Source: Candidatus Helarchaeota ASGARD archaeon Hel_GB_B
GTDB lineage: Archaea > Asgardarchaeota > Lokiarchaeia > Helarchaeales > HEL-GB-B
Length of the DNA stretch: 18,835 nucleotides
Assembly (NCBI GenBank): GCA_005191425.1
Contig: SUPR01000072.1
Span: 1 to 18,835 of the forward strand
Direction of reading: 5' to 3'
Below are positions 7,532 through 15,922 of this stretch, piece by piece. A model generated the notes under the pieces. It had not been told where the DNA came from and searched no databases. It saw nothing but the letters and a program-made list of their open reading frames with translations. Numbering within the stretch: the first letter of the stretch is position 1; every line of letters starts with the position of its first letter. Made by a program: the position numbers and the translations under genes.

Positions 7532-8398
7532 ATGAGTGGAAAAGCTGTTGAACTAAAAGATATATATTTCAAATATAACAATTTTGAGCTATCTGATATT
7601 ACTTTTGATATATATGAAGGTGAAAAATTAGCATTAGTAGGAGCAAATGGCTCTGGTAAAACGACATTACTCCGACTTATGGTAAATTTATTACAAAGAT
7701 CAAAAGGGTCAATAAAAGTATTCGGAACAGAAGTTAATAGAAAAAATGAATGGAAAATTAGGAAACAAATAGGTTTCCTATTTCAGAACCCAGACGACCA
7801 AATTTTCTCACCAACAGTTGAAGAAGATATTGCTTTTGGACCACGGAATTTAAAATTAACAAAATCTGAAATAACAGAACGTGTTAATTGGGCTTTAAAA
7901 GCAGTAAGAATTGAGAAATATAGGTTATACTCCCCTTCAAACTTAAGTTGGGGACAAAAAAAGCTAGTAGCATTGGCGGGAATTCTTGCAATGAACCCTA
8001 AAATTCTTTTTTTAGATGAACCATTTGCAAATTTAGACATGATCGCAGTGAAGGAACTTCTCGAAATCTTAGAATCTTTACGTAGAGAACAAGAAATGAC
8101 CATTCTATTTACAACTCATAATCATTTCTTTATTCAATTTTGGGCAGATCGAATGGTCGTTTTGAAAAATGGGAAAATTATTTATAAAGGAATCCCTAAT
8201 AAAGGATTAAATTTACCGGAAGTTAAAAAAGCAATCGGAACATGGGATTCAGTTCTGGATATAATCTATCCTAATGTTAAACCAGAGGAACGCCCACATA
8301 TACACTTACATGTCCACCCACATTTTCATGATTTTAATAAGTCAAATGCCAATCTACAACATAACCATAAAAGTATTAATAAATTTGAACATGACTAA
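7532..8398 (+). CDS. cbiO: ECF transporter ATPase (CbiO/NikO) with His-rich C-terminal tail
   Basis: Motifs are Walker A GANGSGKT, Q-loop LFQNPDDQ, signature LSWGQKK, Walker B ILFLDEP and H-loop TTHN. The tail is HIHLHVHPHFH...QHNH...EHD. Confidence 0.93.
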   Translation: MSGKAVELKDIYFKYNNFELSDITFDIYEGEKLALVGANGSGKTTLLRLMVNLLQRSKGSIKVFGTEVNRKNEWKIRKQIGFLFQNPDDQIFSPTVEEDIAFGPRNLKLTKSEITERVNWALKAVRIEKYRLYSPSNLSWGQKKLVALAGILAMNPKILFLDEPFANLDMIAVKELLEILESLRREQEMTILFTTHNHFFIQFWADRMVVLKNGKIIYKGIPNKGLNLPEVKKAIGTWDSVLDIIYPNVKPEERPHIHLHVHPHFHDFNKSNANLQHNHKSINKFEHD

Positions 8399-8523
8399 AA
8401 TTACAAAAAAAAGTTGATTTAAAATTTATGACTTTTAAATTTAAGAAAGACTTACTTTAAATTTGAATTGTAAGAATAATATTTTAAAATTTAACAATGA
8501 TTAATGAATTAAGGTTTAACTTT

Positions 8524-9957
8524 ATGAGAATTAATAAAAATGATTTAAAAAATGAGCTAAAAAAGTACATTAATGAAACTAAAATTTCGGACGACATTAT
8601 TCTAATAAATTCGTTTAAAAGTGATGCCAGCCTAGAAAAAGGTACTATTCCCGATTTAATTATGTATCCAGCTGGTGAGGACGATATAATTAGAATTCTA
8701 GAATTTGCTAATAATTATAATATTCCTATTATTCCATCTAGTTCTAAAGAAAAATATTGTAGAGGTACTATTCCAAAAAATGGTGGTATAATCCTAGACC
8801 TATCTAAAATGAACGAAATTCTGGAGATAAATACAGAAGATAGATATGTTTGGATTGAACCTGGTGTAACTTATGAATAATTGATACCCGAATTAAAAAA
8901 ACATGGATTAAGGATAATGGTACCCTTAGGTTTTCCTCCCTCTGCTTCAGTTCGTATATCGACAGAGTACCTCTATTAACTGGACCAAAAATGTTAATTT
9001 CTGAAGGCTGGCAATGTATTCTAAATATTCATTTAATATTAGCTAATGGTATGCCTCTAGACACGGGTACTGCAAGTTGGTGTAAGGAACGGCCAAATTT
9101 CTTACCTTCAGGTGCTCCAGGTGGGCCTGACTTATCAAGATTATTTAGTGGATCTCAAGGCACTTTAGGAATTGTTACTCAATTAATAATTAAAGCCAAA
9201 TATTTATCTAAAAATAAAAAATAATAATTGCAACCTTCAATAACTTAAATTCATGCATTAATTCCTTAAATAAAATCCTATGGTACGATAAAGTCAGAGA
9301 AATTTTAATAATTAGTAAAAAAAATCTAAGTTTCATTTTGACAGGTAGTGAATCTTTTAAAAATATTAACCAAATAAAATCAATGTGCCCAGATTGGCTT
9401 TTAGTATTGGGGATCGAATTTGATAGTAAAGAAAAATATATGTTAGATCTCGAAGACCTTAAAGATTTTGGCGTTAAATATAATGAATCCTTAACTATCA
9501 ATAAAATAAATTTGAATGAATTTTTCCTTAGGGAATTTGAATTACCCAGAAATTTAAATAATTTTAGATATTTTAAGACGCACTTCATATTCCCTTTTAT
9601 ATAAATGGCGATAAAATCAATAGCTTAAATGAAGGAATAGAAAAAATTGCTTCTAAGTATAATTATTCTCTTGATGATTTACTTGGATATGTCATGCCTA
9701 TTGAGCAAGGTCATACTTATTTTTTAGATTATACTATTCATTATAATAAATCAGAAGACGACCTAAAACAAATTGAGCAATTTTTTATGGAAATTAGTAA
9801 ATATCTTTTAAATAATGGTGGTGTAATCGATAGACCTTATGGTATTTGGGCTGAACTTATTTTTCCTAATAATCCCGGGCTTTTTCAATTTCTTAAACAA
9901 ATAAAGAAGCAATTAGACCCTAATAATATACTAAATCCTGGGAGATTAAATCTATAA
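8524..9957 (+). pseudogene. FAD-linked oxidase (FAD_binding_4 / VAO-GlcD superfamily), disrupted
   Basis: Four ORF-track fragments (8497-8880, 8991-9224, 9338-9604, 9694-9957) join into one protein of about 480 aa: PDLIMYP...GGIILDLSKMNEI...EPGVTYE*LIPELKK...SV/SYIDRVPLLTGPK...GPDLSRLFSGSQGTLGIVT...KNKK/IIIATF...FPF/YINGD...KKQLDPNNILNPGRL. Lesions are a TAA at 8878-8880 and frameshifts at ~8950-8954, the A6 run 9216-9221 and the T4 run 9595-9598. The start at 8524 (AAGGT upstream) is preferred; 8497 is the alternative. Confidence 0.88.
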
Positions 9958-9968
9958 AAGGTAGTATT

Positions 9969-11205
9969 ATGTCAGAATCGCTAAAAAAATTAAAAGAAGA
10001 ATTAAGATGGGATGTATTCCAATGCTCATTAAAATGTTATAATTGTCAATATATTAATCCGCATTATCTTGTGTCCCAAGATTATTATAAGAACTGTCCC
10101 GCAAGTAAAGATTTTAAATTCGACTCTTTTTTTTTCCGGAGGTAGGATGGAGATTGCAAGGGGGATTATTGATGGAACAATTAAACTTCCAAATGATTCC
10201 ATGGAAATGCTGAAAAAAGTGATATATGCATGTACTATGTGTGGTAATTGCGAATATATTTGTATGTATAACCGTGAAATTAAGACATTAGAAGTTTTTG
10301 AAACTTTACGACAAATTCTTGTAGAATTAGAAATTGGTTCTATGCATGAACAAAAAAAATTCTTAAATTCTATTTATCAAAACCACAATCCCTATATCGA
10401 AAAACATGAAAATAGATTACAATGGATAAACGAAAACGAAGAAACTAAAAAAATTAAAGAAAAAATGTCAAACAATCCTGAAATTATCTATTATATAGGA
10501 TGTAAAAGTTCTTATCGAACTAAAAATATTGCTCAAGCAACTGTTAAAATCCTGGGTAAAATTGGTATTCTATTTAAAATAATGGAAGGCTCTGAATGGT
10601 GCTGCGGTAGTCCAGCTGCAAGAGTAGGCGACCTTAAACTTGCAATAAACTTAGGAAAACATAATGTAAAAGTTATCAATGATACTAAAGCTACAAAAGT
10701 TCTATTCTCTTGCGCAGGTTGCTATAGAACATTCAAAAAAGATTATCCAAAATGGGATATTCAATATAATTTTGAAGTCCAACATGTTTCTGAATTCATC
10801 GCTGACTTAATAAAAGAAAATAAAATCAAATTTAATGGATTAGCTAAAAAAATAACCTATCATGACTCGTGTCATCTAAGAAGACATCTTGGCGTGTATG
10901 ATGCACCTAGAGATGTAATTAATGCAATAAAGGAAATACAATTTCAAGAAATGCCCCGAAATAGATTTAATGCTTGGTGTTGCAGCGCTGGAGGCGGAGT
11001 TAAATCTGGGTTTAAGGACCTTGCTAATTTCGCGGCAACCGAAAGGATAAATGAAGCAAAAAACGCCACTGATGCTAATTGTATTGTTTCTACATGTCCT
11101 TTCTGTTATCTAAACCTTAATGAAAATGCAGAAAATAGTCATTCAGATATGGAAATAATGGATTTGGTAGATTTGATTTTAGAATGCGGATTTGAGGTCG
11201 AATAA
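9969..11205 (+). pseudogene. Fe-S oxidoreductase (2x4Fe-4S plus two CCG domains; GlcF/GlpC/HdrD-like), frameshifted near the 5' end
   Basis: ATG 9969 (AAGGT upstream) reads MSESLKKLKEELRWDVFQCSLKCYNCQYINPHYLVSQDYYKNCPASKDFKFDSFF, then shifts in the T9 run (10127-10135) into SGGRMEIARG...CTMCGNCEYIC...YYIGC...EWCCGSP...CAGCYRTF...YHDSCHL...WCCSAGGG...CPFC. The ORF-track N-terminus MCPKII is an artefact of the shift. Confidence 0.85.
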
Positions 11206-11206
11206 A

Positions 11207-12748
11207 ATGAATAATGATGAAAACAATAATCTTAATCAAGTTATTCAAGAATTAATTTCTATTTTAGGAAAAGATTATGTAGCTCATGACCAATCTATCA
11301 CCATTTCTTATAGTCATGATCAAATGGCATTAACTAATGGTCCAGATATTGTAGTTTTGCCTAGAAATGTTGAACAAATTCAAGAAATAATGAAAATAAC
11401 TACTAAATATAAATTAGTAGTCACTCCTAAAGGAACAGGAGCTAATATGGGTGGGCTAGTTATTCCCAGATATGGCGGTATCTTAGTTGATTTAAAATTG
11501 ATGAAAAAAATAATTGAAATTGATAAAAAAAATATGACTGCCACAGTTGAACCAGGCGTTTCTTATGGTCAATTACAAATTGAAGCATGGAATAGAAATC
11601 TTTTTATTGTTAATCTCAGCGGATCTCATAGTGTTAAAGTAATCGTTAATATGTGTGGAACTCGTGGAATTGGACATTATGCAAGAAAATTCGGACTTGG
11701 CGATAATCAAGTAATCGGAATAGATGTCGTATTACCTGATGGAAATCTTTTAAAATTAGGATGTTTTGCATATCCAAGCAGCGATAATTCGGCAAATTGC
11801 TCTCATTCTCCAGTACCAGATGTAATGGGTTTATTTCTAGGAAATTTGGGATCAATGGGAATTATTGTTAAAGCAAAATTAAAATTAAACCCAAAATTAA
11901 AAACGCATCAATTGATTGCTTTTGGTGGAAAAATTGAAATTATGTTTGATTTTCTTGCTGAAATTGTTAAATATGGCTACAGTAATAGTATGCTAGTCCG
12001 CTGGCCTTATATTTGTTTTCTTTTTGGCAGAACTAGAGATGAACATATGTGGATGTTAAAAAACCCATGGATGGACGCTTTTGTCCTTACATTTCTCGAA
12101 GGTACTGAACGGGACTTTAATTATCACTTGTCAAAATTAAGAAATCTGGCTAAAGATTGGAAGATCCCAATTTCTACATTTGAACTGATGATTAAAGAAA
12201 ATCAAAATTTACCGTTTATTGGAGGCGGATCATATACTAAAAACGATATGCGATATGCCTATTTACAAGACCCTCGAAAAATGCACGATTTTATGTTTGA
12301 ATCTGTAAGGATCATAAGAACTCGAGGTGGATTTGCTCCTCATTGTCCATTTTTTAACCTTAAAGACGCTAAAGATATCTGGGAGCAACAATTGGACTAT
12401 TTAAAAAAAGTAGGTGCTCCAATTGAAGAAACTTGCTGCTATTGTCAAATTGTAGATGATGGCCACTATGTATTACAAGAAATGGATATCGAATTCAGCC
12501 CAGACCCAAATGAAATGATGAAAAATATGCCCAGCTTTTTAGGTATTATTAACCCAATGATTCTAAATATGTTCGTCCACCATAAAGCAATTCAATATTA
12601 TCTTTATGCTGATGGAAACTTTTTTGATAGTGTAGGACCTGTATTAATGCCAGGTACTACTTATGTGCTTAAAAAAATGAAAACACTTATTGACCCATTT
12701 CATTTAATGAATAGAGGTAAAGGAGTCGCTCCTATGGGTGATGAATAA
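11207..12748 (+). CDS. Second FAD-linked oxidase (FAD_binding_4 / VAO-GlcD superfamily)
   Basis: Motifs are PDIVVLPRNVEQIQEIM, PKGTGANMGG, GGILVDLKLMKKI, VEPGVSYGQL, PDVMGLFLGNLGSMGII and C-terminal KTLIDPFHLMNRGK. ATG 11207 has GAGGT upstream and starts 1 nt after the previous stop. The frame is intact. Confidence 0.9.
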   Translation: MNNDENNNLNQVIQELISILGKDYVAHDQSITISYSHDQMALTNGPDIVVLPRNVEQIQEIMKITTKYKLVVTPKGTGANMGGLVIPRYGGILVDLKLMKKIIEIDKKNMTATVEPGVSYGQLQIEAWNRNLFIVNLSGSHSVKVIVNMCGTRGIGHYARKFGLGDNQVIGIDVVLPDGNLLKLGCFAYPSSDNSANCSHSPVPDVMGLFLGNLGSMGIIVKAKLKLNPKLKTHQLIAFGGKIEIMFDFLAEIVKYGYSNSMLVRWPYICFLFGRTRDEHMWMLKNPWMDAFVLTFLEGTERDFNYHLSKLRNLAKDWKIPISTFELMIKENQNLPFIGGGSYTKNDMRYAYLQDPRKMHDFMFESVRIIRTRGGFAPHCPFFNLKDAKDIWEQQLDYLKKVGAPIEETCCYCQIVDDGHYVLQEMDIEFSPDPNEMMKNMPSFLGIINPMILNMFVHHKAIQYYLYADGNFFDSVGPVLMPGTTYVLKKMKTLIDPFHLMNRGKGVAPMGDE

Positions 12749-12750
12749 AA

Positions 12751-13439
12751 ATGGAATTATTTGGCGATAGTTCAGAACTGGGCGAAACTTCTCAATCAAT
12801 GATATATTGGTTTGGTACTTTAGCTGCTGTTCTAAATAAAATAAAAATAAATGAAAAAACTAAATCTCAAAAATTCTTTGATAAATACAAAAAAATGAAA
12901 TTCCAATTGAAATTATCACTGAATTCCTCTCAAAAATCTTTAATGGAGCTCTAAAGATTGCTATTGATGATAATTCAAAAGCTACACCTGACTTAACTCT
13001 TGGTAAATATATTTTACTTCATTATAACAAATTACTTGGACAAAAAATTGCACTTAGAGCTAAACATCGTCCAATTCTTATTGTTGAATTAACTAATATC
13101 GGTGATAATGGCATTCAAGTCTATGAAACCAATAAAAAAGATGCACGAAAAAAACCTACAATCGAAATTGATTTAGAATTCGAACGAAAATTAATTCTTG
13201 GTGATGATATCGATTTATTCCTGTCTTTAATTAATTCAAAAGAATTCGGTACATTCTCTATACTTTCTTATATGCGATATTGGTTAGACTTAATTGTTGA
13301 TTTTTCTCAATTTATTTTTATAATTACTGTAAGTTTTCTACACCGTCAATACCTAATGGAAAAACTCCAAAAATTTGTTAAAGATGAAATTAAACTACTT
13401 TTCAACAAAGTTGATAATATGATAATTGATAGTCAATGA
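12751..13439 (+). pseudogene. Unknown protein of about 230 aa, frameshifted; possible SCP2-like lipid-binding segment
   Basis: The ORF-track 67-aa ORF shifts at the A7 run (12889-12895) into a stop-free frame running to TGA at 13437-13439: NEIPIEIITEFLSKIFNGALKIAIDDNSKATPDLTLGKYILLHYNKLLGQKIALRAKHRPILIVELTNIGDNGIQVYETNKKDARKKPTIEIDLEFERKLILGDDIDLFLSLINSKEF...DSQ. It starts 2 nt after the previous stop. The SCP2 resemblance is weak pattern recognition only. Confidence 0.7.
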
Positions 13440-13760
13440 TATTCTTTATTTTACAAACTTTTCTCTAAAATAATTCCTTAATTTTAATTTTAAAGGGATT
13501 TATTTATCTTTTTTTATTATAATATAAATTTTTACTTACATTTAATAATTAGTATTGATTATATTTATCGAGAATTCCCTGTTTTATAGAATTAAAATAA
13601 AATAATCTTTATCTTTTCATAACCCTTTTTTATAATGAAAAATAAAATAATATTGAAGAAAAATAAAATTCGAAAAATAATTATACTAAAATTAATTTAT
13701 AAAATTTTTTATTTATTTGTTCAAATCTATCTATTAATTATTGATAGAGTTGTTTAATGA

Positions 13761-14615
13761 ATGAGTCCAAAAATCTCGCCCACTAAAGAAGTTATAAAGA
13801 AGAAAAAGGTTAATAAGACTCATGATAATCCACTAAAGAATCCTATCCTTAATATCTTTGAGTTAAAGGAGGATATTAATAATTTAAATTCATATTTTAG
13901 AAATAATGGAGTAAAAGATTCAAATTTTAAAAATCAAGATTTAAAAAAAGGTGTTGATTTACAAAATAATACCAATTTTTCTAATTCTAATAATTCATTT
14001 TTAAATTTTAATAATTCTCATATTGAATTTATTGCGATTAATAATGAAACTAAAAACGATAGTACACAGTTAAACAGACAAATAGAAAAAATAAAGGAAA
14101 TAGGTAAAAATTTATTGGCTAATGGAAATTATTTAGAAGCATTTAAAGTGTTTAAAAGCGCTTCTAATTTTCTACTGGAAAAAGGATATAAAAAAGAAGC
14201 TTTATTTTTTACTTTAAAATCTAATCAAATTCAAAACTTAATAATAGACCAAAAAGAAAAAATTAATTTGCTAGAACAGGCTAAAAATAAAGAAGATTAT
14301 ATTAAATCATTTGAATTATATGAACTAATTATTGATATTTCTGAAAAATTAAATGATTATGAGACTTTAAATAAATATAAAAAAGAATTTGAAGATTTCA
14401 AAATAAATAAAATTAATATTAAACAATTAGAAAATATACAAACGCTATTAGAAAATAAAGCTCAGATATTAAAAAAAGAAGGTTATCTGGAAGAAGCATT
14501 TAAATTATATGTCCAATGTGAAAAAATTTCCAAAATTTTATTAAGTACTGGCAATAAAAACGAAGTTAAAAAGATTAAAAAATATAAAAATAAACAGATT
14601 GAATGTAAAAAATAA
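13761..14615 (+). CDS. Hypothetical protein: low-complexity Asn/Lys-rich N-terminus and TPR-like helical repeats
   Basis: The ORF is 284 aa, with three related helical units: GNYLEAFKVFKSAS, EDYIKSFELYELII and GYLEEAFKLYVQCE. Confidence 0.7.
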   Translation: MSPKISPTKEVIKKKKVNKTHDNPLKNPILNIFELKEDINNLNSYFRNNGVKDSNFKNQDLKKGVDLQNNTNFSNSNNSFLNFNNSHIEFIAINNETKNDSTQLNRQIEKIKEIGKNLLANGNYLEAFKVFKSASNFLLEKGYKKEALFFTLKSNQIQNLIIDQKEKINLLEQAKNKEDYIKSFELYELIIDISEKLNDYETLNKYKKEFEDFKINKINIKQLENIQTLLENKAQILKKEGYLEEAFKLYVQCEKISKILLSTGNKNEVKKIKKYKNKQIECKK

Positions 14616-14648
14616 AAATAATAATTTAAAAATACTTTTTAGATGATA

Positions 14649-15791
14649 TTATTCAACTTTACTATTGTCAATTGCCGCAATTAACTCTTGTTTATTCAAT
14701 TTTATAATTAATAAAGTTGTTGGAAGAAATATATAACCTAGAAATCCTGATGGTGAAATTAAAGTCATTGCTAATAACATCCAAAATGAATAATCTATAA
14801 ATTTTGTTAAAGTTGGATTTCTATACAATTTTATCAAATATATGACCAAAATAACAAAAAATAACCCGAGTAAAATCGTGGTTAAATATGGTATTGAAAG
14901 CGCAACATTTGGGTCTACTACTAAATTATAAATCGTATTTAAATAAGGTGGAATTGAAAATAAATGTGTCCACCAAAATGATTGACCATATGTAGGATGA
15001 ATAAAATTACCTGAAACTCTGGTCCCCTGTGATAAAAAAACATCTTTTAAAAATGTGGTCGGATTCCAAATTAAAAAGGGAATAATTGTTAGAACCGCAG
15101 GGATTGATGCAAGTATGAAATTCTTAAGTCCGACAAATTTATCTTTTTTAAAATAATATACTAAGAAAAATAGCGCTGGAATTGCAAGATATGTATAAAT
15201 AGCGGTACCAAGAGTAATATAAAGGACTGATCTTTTTATGTTTTTTAAATTTAAATAAGCTAATAAAATGAACAACATTGGGATTGAAATGAACGTTATA
15301 AAATCGAACAATACCATCAATGGACCCCCAATTAACCACAGTCCTATCGCTGATCCATAATATTTAACTTTCCACAATCTATAGAACATATAAAAATCTA
15401 TAATAAAATGAATTAAAAAAAATGCTGGCATAAAATCAACCGCAAAATAACTTGCTGGGCCAGGCCATAATAGGACAGGCAGATGAATTATTAATGATAA
15501 GGGTGGATACTGATAAAAACCTTCTATATTTGTTATATCTAATATATCCATATTATATACTTGCCCATATGGATTAATTCCATTAATTAAATAAGTATGT
15601 AATGCAATCCATACTTTTTCATTCATATCATCCCAATCTTGTGTTCCTGTAGTTAAAAAAATCCATAAACTTAGTATCCGAATAAATAATCCAAATGAAA
15701 AAATAATAATAAAACCCTTCAAATGATTTTTATTGAGCCAATTATTAATATCTACAAAAAGATCATAAATTTTTTTAATATATTCATGCAT
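14649..15791 (-). CDS. Polytopic membrane protein, GT-C fold-like (GT87/DUF2029-type glycosyltransferase), copy A
   Basis: It has about 10 hydrophobic segments, an acidic WDDMNE in the first loop after TM1, QYPP and IPFLIWNP. ATG 15791 is preceded by GTGAT (SD-like), so it is preferred over GTG 15800. Confidence 0.65.
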   Translation of the reverse strand: MHEYIKKIYDLFVDINNWLNKNHLKGFIIIFSFGLFIRILSLWIFLTTGTQDWDDMNEKVWIALHTYLINGINPYGQVYNMDILDITNIEGFYQYPPLSLIIHLPVLLWPGPASYFAVDFMPAFFLIHFIIDFYMFYRLWKVKYYGSAIGLWLIGGPLMVLFDFITFISIPMLFILLAYLNLKNIKRSVLYITLGTAIYTYLAIPALFFLVYYFKKDKFVGLKNFILASIPAVLTIIPFLIWNPTTFLKDVFLSQGTRVSGNFIHPTYGQSFWWTHLFSIPPYLNTIYNLVVDPNVALSIPYLTTILLGLFFVILVIYLIKLYRNPTLTKFIDYSFWMLLAMTLISPSGFLGYIFLPTTLLIIKLNKQELIAAIDNSKVE

Positions 15792-15922
15792 TGGTATCAC
15801 ATACTAATTCAAGAAGATAAAATCTTGCAAATTTTATTTATTTTTTTAAATATTTAAATCAAATAAACTAAGCTAATAATTAATTTATTAAAATATTTCT
15901 CAAAATGACAATCACTTTAAGA

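Noticed and set aside
141-8880. Stop-codon recoding (Sec/Pyl or an alternative genetic code) to explain in-frame stops
   Set aside because: The stops are of all three types, occur alongside frameshifts, and all three codons terminate intact genes in this window.
10127-10135. Programmed transcriptional slippage at T9 producing a functional Fe-S protein
   Set aside because: It cannot be excluded, but is disfavoured because conserved CCG motifs downstream are eroded and the neighbouring genes are also broken.
7783-11855. Minus-strand ORFs 7783-8103, 9208-9588 and 11646-11855
   Set aside because: These are antisense shadows of cbiO and the FAD oxidase genes.
13310-13378. Possible extra pair of compensating frameshifts near the end of the 12751-13439 gene (alternative frame YNYCKFSTPSIPNGKTPK)
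   Set aside because: The main frame is already open to 13439, and I cannot choose between the two readings without homologs.
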